A stretch of DNA of 64,000 nucleotides from Camelus ferus. Taxonomy: Eukaryota. Under the pieces are notes generated by a model. It saw only the letters and a program-made list of their open reading frames with translations, was not told the origin of the DNA and made no database searches. The translations under genes were made by a program, and so were the position numbers. This document shows, piece by piece, positions 52,251 through 64,000 of this stretch. The stretch covers positions 76,882,001-76,946,000 of the forward strand of contig NC_045697.1 of the NCBI RefSeq assembly GCF_009834535.1, read 5' to 3'. The stretch's first letter is position 1, and each line of letters begins with the position of its first letter.

Positions 52251-52251
52251 T

Positions 52252-52322
52252 AGAGAAGGGAGAGAGGGAGGAGAAAGGGAGGAAGGAAGGAAAGAAGGTA
52301 GGAAGGAAGGAAGGGGCAGAAG
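52252..52322. repeat. GA-rich / (GGAA)n low-complexity tract
   Basis: 'agagaagggagagagggaggagaaagggaggaaggaaggaaagaaggtaggaaggaaggaagggg'. Confidence 0.9.
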
Positions 52323-53699
52323 GCAGATACACACATACAGCCCAAATATATATCCACACTCTTAAGATCTAGGCAATTCCAATGTGGAGATCACCTGATT
52401 CTCTCTGGAACATTAACAATGCAACTTTGGCTGAAGCAGGTGAGAGACTGAAGTCATAAGTAGGATAGCAGGTCGGTCAGTGTTTAAGAGAAATTCACGT
52501 GTGTTATTAGCAAACTTAATGATATGATTGGGTACAATGAAAATTTTTTACATAATTTAGTTTTTATAGGTCTGAAATTATCTGAGCAGCTGGTTCAATG
52601 TCTCTTTGAAGAAAATATGAAATAGATGGATATAATAGAAATTGATTAGTTATTTAGGAGAGACTAAATATTCTAAATCTTGCAATTTCATTACTCTTTT
52701 ATAATCCATATCTTTTTCCTTTTATTAGCCTATAGATTTTAATACTTACTAATAAAATTGGGCACAACATCAAACCTGACATTTAGAGCTGCAGAGAGCC
52801 ATCTTTCATTTGCTGTTTCACATAAGGAAGCAAAATGGTGATCCAAAATAAGACTTGGAGAATGGCTTTAATTTATGAGTTCTGAAACCATTTTGCATCT
52901 GTTGCAAAAAGCATATCACCGTCCTGGGCTATAGTCGTGTTATTTTTAAGAGAAGATAGCAAATTGCTTCAGTGTTTTCTTACAAGGTTGCTAATATACA
53001 CCAGATCGCTATCCTAAAGCATGCAGCTTGTGGGAATGATATACAGAAAGCAGTATTTTAAATAAGCCACAAACCATGCTCCTTGGTTTTGTTTGCATTG
53101 GTTCCACACATTAGGAAAACAATTGGTTTCACAATAAATTCAGTGATGAAGTAAATTATGCATTTGCCCATCAGGTTGGTGAAAACACATTCTTGTGGGA
53201 AACCAAAAAGGACAATGCAAAAGGGAGAAGAGAATTTGTGTTCATTGACCAGGGTGACAAATTCAAACAGCTGAGGCCATGAACCCCAAACTCTCATTTT
53301 CATTCCCTTGCATGCCTTAGAGATTTGGTACTTGTCACCCACAAGAAAGGGACACACGAAACACAGAAAGCTCAGCAGCTGCTCAAAAAGATCGAGGGCT
53401 TAGGAGGCCACGTTCCTGGAGCTGCTTGCTGGGACCAACCACCTTTGGCTTTGAGTACTCCTCTAATTTCCACAGGGAATGCTTTCTGCCTTATGAGTCT
53501 CCATACATTTTGGGTTAATAAACCAATATTTATTGTCCAAAAAATTACAGTTTAAATCATTTACTGAATGCTAACAGCAATGAAAACTATGAGAAGCACT
53601 TCAACATGCAGTAATATTCAGCTTTAAAAAAAATATACACCCCAAATTGTTGACAGGAAAAGTATCTGAGGACCCCCAAGTGTGACTTTCTATTCTACC

Positions 53700-55480
53700 A
53701 ACTATATGAAAGCACTGGGGGAAACACAAGATTCAGTCTCTGTGCTTAAGGAATTTACACACTGGTACCAAAGAGAAGAGTCATATAAATGACTACAATC
53801 CAAGGAGAATGTGGCAACTTTTCTAAGAAAAACGAAATTAAGTGCAGTGGGAATGGTGATGAGAGAGGAATTAATTCCGACAGGGAGAGTTACATAAGTT
53901 AAGTAGCCATTTAAGCTGATTCTTAAAAGGTGGGTAGGATTAGAAATAGAGAGGGACAGCCAGGAGAAATAGAGAATCTGCCTGGGACATAGTGGTAATT
54001 TAGCTTGACTAGAACAGAGGGTACGTGGAGGAACAGTGGCACCCAAACCTGGAAAGCAGACATGGCCAGATGGTGGATAACCACATATGTCAGGCGAAGA
54101 ATGATCATGGTGTCACTGATGACAAAAATCTTTGCTTTAGAAAGATTAATCAAAGGATAAAGTATAGTAAAGTGGTAAAAGAATAAAGGCAGAAATATTG
54201 GGCGTAAAGAGGGTAGTAAAATAAACTTTGCAAAAGCCTAGCCAAGAAGAAATAAGTTGACTTAAGGTTTATTAATAGGAATGGGCAGTGTTATGGGTTG
54301 AGTTGCATGGCTCCCCAAAATCATATGTTGATGTCCTAAATCCCAATACTTCAGAATGTCACTGTACTTGGAAATAGGGTCTTTAAAGAGGAAATTCAGT
54401 TAAAATGAGGTCATTAGGGTGGGCCCTAATCCAATATGACTGGTATCTTATAATAGGAGAAAATTTTGAGACACACAGAGGGAAGAACATGTGAAGACCC
54501 AGGAAGAGGATGGCCATCTACAAGCAAAGGAAAGAGGTCTCAGAAGACACCAATCCTAAAGACATCTTGATCTCAGACTTCTAGCCCTCAGAATTGTGAA
54601 AAAATAAATTTCTGTTGCTTAAGCCAAGAAATCTGAGGTTCTTTATTATGGCAGCCTTAGCAAATGAATGCTGGCAGGAAGAGCAGATGTGAGAGATTTG
54701 GGGATGGACCAATTAAGATCTGTGGGAAACAACCAGAAGGAAAAAAGGGAGAGGAGTAAAAGCTGACAAGAGGTGAGTTCAGGAGGCCAGAAAATACAAG
54801 AAATAGTAGAAATTTAGGAAACTAGAAGAAGGTGCTTTGAGGAAAAATGATCATTCAGTTTGAAAAATATAAAGTGAGAATTCCAACAAGATGTGTAAGT
54901 TGGGTAATGACAAATGAAACAGAAGAGCTCAGGAAAGAGCTAAAATTACATCTTTTCAAGATACTATTAAGAAATGGAAAAAGAAAATTTAGCTGAAGAT
55001 TGAAGGCAGTGACTGGAAACATTTTGAAAGTTTTATGGTGGTACTCCTATAAAGTTGTGACTCTCCAATGAACAAGTTGTTCATACAAATCTTGTATGCC
55101 AAGCACTATGTTCTATGCATCTGTTTATTCCAAGAAGCCTGCATAGCATTGAAGACATAAGTGGTTAATAAATTTATATGCAGAATGAAAAAAGGCCCAA
55201 GGGATAGTAATTTGTGGCCACCACTATAGAAAGGCAAAGGATGACACATCTTAAGAAAAAGCTTTGAATTAAGAACTTGATCCTTAGGGAGTAGTGGCAG
55301 AAGTGGCTTCATAGTCTGGAATATGGAAGGTAAAAAAGGAGTTGGAAGCTAAGGAATTGGAAATAGCCTATAAGTATATAAAATGCCTTTTAAAAATTTA
55401 ACAATGGAAAAAAGAGAGATGGTATGGTAGCTTTAAGAAGTCAGATCAAAGTCTTAAGATAAAATCAACTTGATCCCTTT
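53700..55480 (-). mobile_element. L2 LINE fragments flanking MLT1B
   Basis: 'agcactgggggaaacacaagattcagtctctgtgcttaaggaatttacacactggt' and downstream purine-rich L2 segments. Confidence 0.65.
54289..54672 (+). mobile_element. MaLR solo LTR (MLT1B-like)
   Basis: 'tgttatgggttgagttg...ttaaaatgaggtcattagggtgggccctaatccaatatgactgg...aaaataaatttctgttg'; perfect TSD GGCAG at 54284-54288 and 54673-54677. Confidence 0.9.
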
Positions 55481-55953
55481 TTTATATCTACGGGGAGATA
55501 CCACTGAAAAGGGTGAGAGGAAGTACTTGAAGAACAAAGATATTAATTAATGAAGATAATCTTTAATTAATACCTTTCTCTTTCCTCAAAAATTAGACTA
55601 TTTGTGTCAAATGAGCAATTTGTTCTAATAACTAACTGCTAAAGTATTTCAGCTATATCTAGTTAGTTTATTATTAGAATCCTTAATGACAAGATCTCAA
55701 ATATTTGATCAAGACAGAATAATTTTGCTAGCAGGAAAGCCATGACTCCTCATCCTGCTAGACATTTCCATGAACAGTAAAAAGAGAATGTTTTGACAAA
55801 AATCAATGTAAAAATGGATATTTGCACGTGTATCTTATCTCTTTTAAGGCCAGAGTTTACATAAGTTTTTTATAATGTCACACCCACACAGCACTAATCA
55901 CAGTGTATCACATATCATAAGTGCTCAATAAAAACCTACAAATCAATTAATCT

Positions 55954-57351
55954 GGAAATTTAAAAAAAATCCCATTTATAATTGCATCAAAAAGAGTAAA
56001 ATACCTAAGAATAAATTTAACCAAGGTGAAAAATCTGTACTCTGAAAACTATAAGACATTGATGAAAGAAATTAATGAAGAGACAAATGAATGGAAAGAT
56101 ATTCCATGTTCACAGATTGGAAGAATTAATATTGTTAAAATGTCCATACTATCCAAAGCAATCTAGAGATTCAGTGCAATCCCTAGAAAGATTCCAATGG
56201 CATTTTTCAAAGAAATAGAACAAACAATCCCAAATTTTGTATGAAACCACAAAAGACCCTGAATAGACAAAGCAATCCTAAGAAATGTGAACAAAGCTGA
56301 AATCACTCTTCCTGATTTCAAACTATATTACAAAGCTATGATATTGGCATGAAAATAGGCACATATATCAGTGGAACAGAATAGAGAGTCCCCAGATAAA
56401 CCCACACATACATGGTCAATTAATTTACAGCAAAAGAGCCAAAAATATACAATGAGGAAAGGACAGTCTCTTCAATAAATGATGTTAGACAGCCAAATAC
56501 AAGAAAACTGAAACTGGACCCCTATCTTATACTATGCACAAAAATCTACACAAAATGGATTAAAGACTTGAACGTAAGACCTGAAACTGTAAAACTCCTA
56601 GAAGAAAACATAGACCACAAGCTCCTTGACATAAGTCTTGGCAATGATTTTTAAGATGTGACACAAAAAGCAAAAGCAACAAAAGTATGCACACACACAC
56701 ACACAAATTTGGGGAAGCCACTATTGAAAACACTACGAAAGTTCCTCAAAAAATTAAAAATAAAACTATATGATCCAGCAATTCCACTTCTGGGTATTTA
56801 CCCAAAGGAAACCAAATTACTATCTCAAAAAGATATCTGCACCACCATATTCATTGCAGCACTATTTACAATAGCTAAGACATGGACACAACTTAAGTAT
56901 CCATCAATTGATGAATGAATAAAGAAAATGTGGTATACCTGTACAGTGGAGTATTATTCAGCCATAAAAAGAGGGAAATTCTGCCATTTGAGAACACATG
57001 GATGGATCTTGAGGGCATCTTATGCTCAGTGAAATAAATCAGATCAAGAAAGACAAAGATTCTATGATCTCACTTATACAGGGACTCTTAAAAAAAAAAA
57101 AAAACAAACTCACAGATACAGAGAACAGATTTGTAGTTCCCAGAAGCAGAGTGTGGCTGAAATGGATGAATATCAACAAAAAGTACAAACTTACAGTTAT
57201 AAATAATTTCTAGGGATGTAATATACTGTATGGTGAGTATAGTTAACACTGTATTGTATATTTAAAAGTTGCTAAAAGAGTAGATGTTATGAGTTTTCAC
57301 CACAAGAAAAACAATCTGTAATGAGGTGTGGTAATGAATGGTAACTAAACT

Positions 57352-57412
<61 letters not shown>

Positions 57413-57483
57413 ATCTCTCTATCTAATTATTTTGTACACCTAAAACTAATATAACATTATATATCAATTGTATCTCAATTAAA
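55954..57483 (+). mobile_element. 5'-truncated L1 (ORF2 C-terminal part and 3' UTR, L1MA9-like), internally deleted
   Basis: Decayed ORF2 motifs ([56 protein letters not shown]); degenerate TSD aaatcaattaatct (55940-55953) / atatcaattactct (57484-57497). Confidence 0.93.
57356..57425. repeat. (TC)n microsatellite inside the L1 3' UTR
   Basis: About 26 uninterrupted TC units followed by TCTA variants. Confidence 0.95.
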
Positions 57484-57817
57484 ATATCAATTACTCTTTT
57501 ATCCCAACTGATTTTAGGAGAAGCCTAACTTTAGGTAAAGTTCACTAATTCATTGCAACAATTTACACTGAGCTTTCATGCCAAGAACTATTCTAGAGCC
57601 TGAGCATAAGTGATGAATAAAGAAGATGTCATCATTACTCCATGGAGCATACAGAAGGAGTGAGAGGAGGAGAAAGTTATACAATCAGGCAATTACAAAC
57701 CTAATCAAGCAACAGATTGGGATGAATTACTTTATAAACTTCTTACTCTGATTCCTTTAATCCATTCTATCTGTATGCTCCATTCTCATCAAGAGTATGA
57801 CAATGAGCAATAACCCT

Positions 57818-58261
57818 TGTGGTAGGCTGCATTGTGGGCCTCAATTCTTTACCACTCTCTATATCCATGTACTTTCAATTCCTCCAGTAGAGAGAATGAA
57901 AATACTTCTCTGCTCCCTGACTCTGGATTTATCCATGTGACACTCTTTGAGCAATAGACCACTAGTGGGTATAATGAGACCCCCCCCCCACCATTTAAAC
58001 CACTGATGTGCACATGCATGATTGAGCTTGCCCCCTAACACTCTACTATTGCCATAAGAAGAACATGCCAGGTGAAGCCCACTGTCCCAGTAGGAGAAGA
58101 GAGACTTGTGGAGCAGAGCAGCCCCAGATGAGCCCAGTCTAGATCTCCTAGATCTCCATGTGACCCACAGACGTATGAACTTAATAAATGCTTTTTGTTT
58201 TATGTCATTGAAATAGTTTGGCTGCTTGTTACATGGCATTATTGTAACAATAACTGATACA
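57818..58261 (+). mobile_element. MaLR solo LTR (MLT1H-like)
   Basis: 'tgtggtaggctgcattgtgggcctcaattct...gccataagaagaacatgccagg...ttaataaatgctttttgtttta...aataactgataca'; accounts for the 169-aa antisense ORF. Confidence 0.85.
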
Positions 58262-61200
58262 AATTTATGCACACTTATCTTACTAGATCCGAACCCTCTG
58301 TTCATCTGATACAACAGAATAGGCACTACACAAAGAGTAAAAACATGTAGTAGGATGTGACTGGACATATAGTTAGGTGTCCCAAAATCAACAGTGAGAA
58401 ACTAAAACCCATTAATATGAATTGCATAAATGAAAGAACCAAGTAGAACATCCGTCCACTTCTCATTACCAGACTTCTTATCCTGACCAAAGTGAAGTTC
58501 ATGACTCAGCCCTAAGACCTTGCTAAAATTTACTGTTTCCTAGACTGTCATATTGAACAGATCATGACATACAGAAGCCAAGGAAAACAAATGAAATTCG
58601 TGTTTAACTGGGTCCCATATGCTGTGATATTTTCAAACCCACATGCATCCACAAAGAAGCACTCAGAATGTTTGATTCTGAAGATGAATCCATAACAAGA
58701 ATAGAGCACAGAACAAAAATCAATTCAACAAGTCATCCCATATGTTTTTCATTTTCTGGTATTCCTAAAAGGAAGTGAATGTGGTATAGTGTACTTGGCT
58801 CCCAGCATAGAGACTTCCAGCCTTTCTTTTTAATTTCATATTTACAGAGAGCCCTGTATTACCCTCTGTCCTGGCCCTAAAATAGCAACAGCAGTGAAGG
58901 AAAATCCACCAAGGAGTAAATGTTTTATCTTTCCTAGTGTAATGGGTTTGGACTCATGCTTCATGCCTGATACAAAGATGTTCTCTATGTATTGTACTCA
59001 GGTTGCTGGGATCTGCTTGAGAAAAGATAATGTACCTTCATTACAGGGAGATGAGACTTCTGGCAAATCACTATTGCCATGCTTATGGGAAACTCAGACA
59101 GCCTTCTTTCTTCTTTAAGTCCAAAGCAACATTTAGTGATATGTACACAGTATGGGTGCCTAGTTAATCTTAGTTATTTAAATTTTAAAAAGACATTTTT
59201 CTCATAGTTAGGAATGTGTAAACATATGAGTATTATATTTACTATAACATATACATATGTATGTGTAAGTGTATGTATATTATACATACATATTTAGCAT
59301 ACAAATATATTCAAATATAGTTGTAATCACAGACACAAATCATATATCCTCACTCACAGTTCCACTGGGATTCTATACTGTGAATATGACAGCATTCTCC
59401 ATTTCTAATCTTTCAAGAGGTTTTTTAAATTTGTCCTCAGAAACATGGAGTCTTTTATTTATAAAAATTTTGTGCAGTTCATGGGTAAAGTGAAGCTATT
59501 TCAAAGCGTTCTTCTGCACATAAGGAACTAAGAACAGACGAATGTATTTCATCTTATAAATCTGATATATCAAAACTACTACCTCTGTAATAAATTTAAC
59601 AAGAAAGCTATGGTTCTCCTAAGCAGAACAGAAAATCAGTAAATTGCTAAGACATTTTTTATCAATGTGCAAATACTGATCAGTGCCAGAGTTATCTTAG
59701 AGAAGCTAGTCTTTAACCTGATTATCATAAAATGTTAAAATACAAAGACTTTTAGATGGATAGCATTGCTATTTCTTATTACTCATAGCCCATTTAAAAT
59801 CTATTAACCAAATATAAGTAAATCCTTACAAACACATATATTTAGTAAAACTATATGCTCAAATATTAAATATTTAAAGTCACATGGAAATATTTTAAAA
59901 CTTTACATTAAAATTTGCAAGGATTCGTGAGAAACACATAAAGCTACAAGCCTGTATCCTATTTTCATAAAACCAATATTATACAGGCTGTTTCTCAACC
60001 TTTATTCCATTTAAAATGCAGGCCAGCATCTTAATTCAGAATGCTCAACATCAACTAATAAGTTCTAAGACTTAATACCTGACAATATGCTGACTATTAC
60101 TACAGGTTCAAGGTGACTGATTCAACAGATTAATAAGTTACTCATTCTGTCAAAATATTTTGTATTTCAGTAAATTAAATAAACATGTATCAGTGGAATG
60201 CCACTCTAGTATTAACTAAAATTATTCATAATGTGCATGAAACTTTAACTTGTTCCCAGTGTTAGACACATGCAACATATTTTCTCGTTAATAAAAATCT
60301 ATTTTAAACAAGCTCTGATCCTTGATAACAGGATTTTTAAATTCTTCTTGGAATGTATGTCTTAAAATTAATTTTTCCTTGTACTTTTACATTAACTGTT
60401 TGCTTTTACTTTAAACCTTTTCCATTTTATCTTTCTCCAGTTGTTTCAAAAATGAGTGTGGGTCTCGAGTCAATGCTTACTTCTGTTGTAGACTTTTTAA
60501 CCCAAAACAACACTGGCCAGGAAGGCTCTTTTGAGAAATAACTCATTTCTTCTCAGCTCCCTGAAAAGTCAAGTCTACTTTTTTAACCACATCAGATTTT
60601 ACCTACTCACACACACACACAACTGATATGTAATATTAACGCTATGCACTTAGTCAGGAGAAAACCAATGTTTAAAACACATTGTGTTTTATCTCTCTGG
60701 CAGGCTTCTTGACATCTGATTTCATTCTTTTGAAATGCTCCAAAGGAACTTTATTTATATTGTAGCAAAAGACTCCTTTTACTCTCTTAAGTTCACTGAT
60801 AGCCAGGTAAAACTCACTGAATAATCAAGTCCTACAAAGAGGCTGTACAGGACATTAAGGAAATGGATGTCACCCAACAGTAAAAACACCCTGATTGCAT
60901 TCTATGCTGGCACTGGAGCCTCACTTTTTAACAGACACAGCAAAGTGTTGCAGATAAATCTGTTTCAGCTGTGATGAGAAAAATGTTTCAAAATCCATAA
61001 ACTTACTACACCTGCCTTGCCCATACTTAAAATGGTTTACAATTTAAATCCTTATTAATGCTACAAATGTCTAGGATGCTTCCCTGAAGACTTCTAATAA
61101 GTACATTTGTGAAGAATCTGTCAGATTCATGAGATTATGCAGTTACTTGAAACTAGGATAATAAAGCATAGCTCTTGTTTGAACACTAAACACTTCCCCA

Positions 61201-61791
61201 TACAGCATTTATAAATTGCAATTGGGAACTGAATCTATGCTAAACCAAATGTGCATGGTCACTTGTACAAAGAAAATGTTTCCTGTTGGAATAATAGGGA
61301 ATGTTTTAAACTGTGACTGTACAGTTAAAAGGAGCTGAACTATTAGCTTGAGAATTTGGTCACATCTTTGTTTCATCTATTTTCTTCCTTTATAGAGCAT
61401 GCTGTTGTTTAAAAGAATTATCTAGAATTTTTAAAGAATGAAAAGGGTCTTTAGTCAACTAATACTAAGAAAAATGTTAATTTTATTTAACAAAGTTAGT
61501 TAGTTATTTCAAACTTTAATTTTAGGTAATTTGTAAAAATCCAATGCATTCCTTTCATGTTTCTATCACCATATTGTGTACTTCTGGGACACAGTTGGAA
61601 TGTCATTTCTGAAAATGACATTGTAACTGTAAATGAGCTATAATTCAATCATATTTTCCCCTTAGAAGCAAGTTGTAATATAGGATTATTTTCCTGAAGA
61701 AAAGTCCATTGCCCAACTTTTTACAGAAATGAACATAAATGTTAGCTTTTTGATAACATTAACTCAATATAGTAATGCACAGTATACTCCT

Positions 61792-62203
61792 TATGGTAGT
61801 CATTAGGGATGTTTGTGAATACTCTGGTTAGATCTCCTTCCTGGCATGTGTTAAGATTGTACTTCCCACCCCTGGGAAGACAACATGATCTTGTGACTTG
61901 ATTTGACCAATGAAATGAGAGTGAAAGTGACTGAAAGTCACTTGCAGTTGGAAGCTTACACAGCCAGTGTTTAATTTACCATTCTCTTTTCCCTCTGCCA
62001 GAGTGACTAGCAATGCTCAGGAAGAGAGCTGCTCTATAAGCCGGGATCCTGGAGTAAAAGTGAACTGCAGCAAAATCCCCAGCTGACCTATTACATGATA
62101 TACACAGAGTGTCAGCAAGAAATGCACCTTAGTGATTTCAAGCTCTGAGATTTGGGGATTGCAGGTTATGAAGAACAACCTCACCTAAACTAATTGATAT
62201 ACA
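61792..62203 (+). mobile_element. MaLR solo LTR (MLT1I/J-like)
   Basis: 'tggtagtcattagggatgtt...gaccaatgaaatgagagtgaaagtgac...ttccctctgccagagtgactagcaatg...gcaagaaatgcacctt...ctgagatttggggatt...gatataca'. Confidence 0.8.
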
Positions 62204-62329
62204 TGTTTATATATTAAAGTGTAAAGCTTTCTAAAAGACATCTAAATCATTCAGTAACCAATCACATAGATGGCTAATTTTGAAGCAGCAATATATTAAA
62301 TGGTAACCTCATTGTATCTAAAATTCCTT

Positions 62330-63140
62330 TTCCATCTTGAATCTTCAATCTCTCTCTCCAGTGGCTCCTCTGACCCAGCAATCAGACATGCTAAAACTTC
62401 ACTGCTGATGAGATACCTCCTTCAGTGTTGCCATGCCTTTCAGTTAACTTCTCTTCTCTCTTCTTTTCACTGTCAACATTTCTGAAAGCGTTGTCTATAA
62501 TCATTACTTCCACTCCCTATTTTACCTTATGCATCCTAACTTCCACTCCTTATACTTTGAGGGAAAAAATCCTATCAATGAACTTACAATTATCGAATAC
62601 ATAGCTCTTTGCTTGGTCCTCATCTTTTCAACTTTTCTTTCACATTCAATGCTGATTACAACTCTTGGTCCTTGCAATTCCTCCTTTTATTTCTATGATA
62701 TTATATTATTTTGGCTCTCCTCTGAGAAGCATCTTCTCAGTCTCTTTGTTGGTTCTTGTTACTCCTCTATTTCTCTATGTATAAGTATTCCCTTTTCAAA
62801 TCTTTCATCTCTTTTCCATCTCTCCCTTAACAACATCATTCACTTGTACTGCTTCAACTGTCATTAATACACAGAAAATTCCAAAAATCCTCTATCTTCA
62901 ATTTGTTTTCTGCGTATTCAGTTACCTGATATATATCTCCTCCTGGCCACACCACTAGAACCACAAAAATAAATACTTTTTAATAACTTTGCAAAAATAT
63001 TATATTTTTGAGTATATATTTCTCCTCTTGTCTTTTCCTTCTCCATTAATATACTCAACAAATCTCAACAATTTAGAGTGATCTTTAATTACTTCCTCTT
63101 CCTCACCGACCACAATCAGTTTCTAAATCCTATCTGTACT
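62330..63140 (+). mobile_element. L2 LINE ORF2-derived fragment
   Basis: Pyrimidine-rich 'ggtcctcatcttttcaac...ttctatgatattatattattttggctctcctc...cttctcagtctctttgttggttc...gcttcaactgtcatt'. Confidence 0.7.
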
Positions 63141-63254
63141 CATTACTAATTTAACACAAGACTACTATGAAAAAAAGGCTACATTTTCTGTTGGTATGAT
63201 TTGGTTCAGTAATTTATCACAAAGAACAGAGTAAATACTAAAGAGAAATTGAAT

Positions 63255-63820
63255 ACTATAATGTGTAAAAATAATTATATGCCACAACCAAGTGGGATTT
63301 ACTCCAGCTATACAAGACTGGTTCAATATTCAAAAACCAATTAATGTAGCCCATCACATCAACAGGCTAAGGAAGAAAATTCCTATGATCACATCAATAG
63401 ACGCAGAAAAAGCATCTGACAAAATCCAGCATCTATTCATCATAAAAGTTCACAAAAAACTAGGAGGAGAGGAGACCTTCCTCAACTTGACAATAACATC
63501 TACTAAAAAAAAACTAACATCATATTTAATGGTGAGAAACTAGAAGCTTTCTAATACTAGGACAATGCAAGAATGTCCCTTCTTAATACTCCCATTCAAC
63601 ATCATACTGAAAGTCCTAGCTAATGCAACAAGAAAAGGATATAAAAAGTATATAGACTTTTCACAGATGGCAAGTTGTTAATGTAGAAAATCCCAAAGAA
63701 CTCGGGGGGGGGGGAAGTTCTGGAACTAGTAAGCAATTATAGCAAGATTGCAGGATACAAAGTTAGCACACAAACACAGTTGCTTTCCTATGTACCAGCG
63801 ATGAACAATTGGGAGTTTGT
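63255..63820 (+). mobile_element. L1 ORF2 reverse-transcriptase domain fragment (disabled)
   Basis: ORF 63292-63543 GFTPAIQDWFNIQKPINVAHHINRLRKKIPMITSIDAEKASDKIQHLF aligns to L1 ORF2 GFIPGMQGWFNIRKSINVIHHINR..KNHMIISIDAEKAFDKIQ; frameshifts downstream. Confidence 0.93.
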
Positions 63821-64000
63821 TCACTACCTTCTCTTGGAGTTACATAGTACTTCTGATTCTACCATGACTGATAAATTTGATTTTGTAACACAGAATAGAT
63901 ACGTTAAGTAAATTCTTAGTACTACCTCCAAACTTTGCTATCTTAGTGCATGTGTTGGAGAGAAGCGGTGGGTGTAAAGGAATTTCTTTATCAGGCAATG

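Noticed and set aside
56658..57213. ORFs with clear protein motifs (YDPAIPLLGIYPK, MLSEINQ)
   Set aside because: Fragments of a disabled L1 ORF2, not a host gene.
57859..58368. Longest ORF in the track (169 aa, - strand)
   Set aside because: Lies mostly antisense across an MLT1H-like LTR; no protein similarity recognised.
58500..58512. ATGACTCAGC (ARE/MARE-like site)
   Set aside because: Single isolated motif; expected by chance in 64 kb.
60481..60560. Possible 80-nt - strand exon (cttttcag|GGAG...AGAA|gtaagc)
   Set aside because: Stops in all three frames, short pyrimidine tract, no supporting signal; at most a pseudo-exon.

Overview
Mammalian, AT-rich, CpG-depleted non-coding DNA, almost certainly from a camelid (a Vic-1-type tRNA-derived SINE sits at 5072-5203). 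I found no intact, recognisable protein-coding gene. The window is a mosaic of old and young transposon remnants (L2, MIR, L1, MaLR/ERV solo LTRs, hAT and Tigger DNA elements) separated by repeat-poor unique blocks. Two retroposed copies of cellular RNAs are clear: a young, full-length RPS29 processed pseudogene (15191-15500, +) and a 33-nt U2 snRNA 5' fragment (4861-4893, -). All 12 LTRs I could orient lie on the + strand, which suggests the window is inside a long transcription unit read on the - strand; I could not name that gene. Weaker leads are a promoter-like CpG-retaining patch at 22.0-22.9 kb, several candidate - strand exons, a fossil coding-like segment at 32.3-32.8 kb and motif-rich candidate enhancers. 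I see no convincing evidence of a new biological system. Repeat subfamily names come from recalled consensus sequences and need RepeatMasker/Dfam confirmation; boundaries without a stated target-site duplication (TSD) are approximate.
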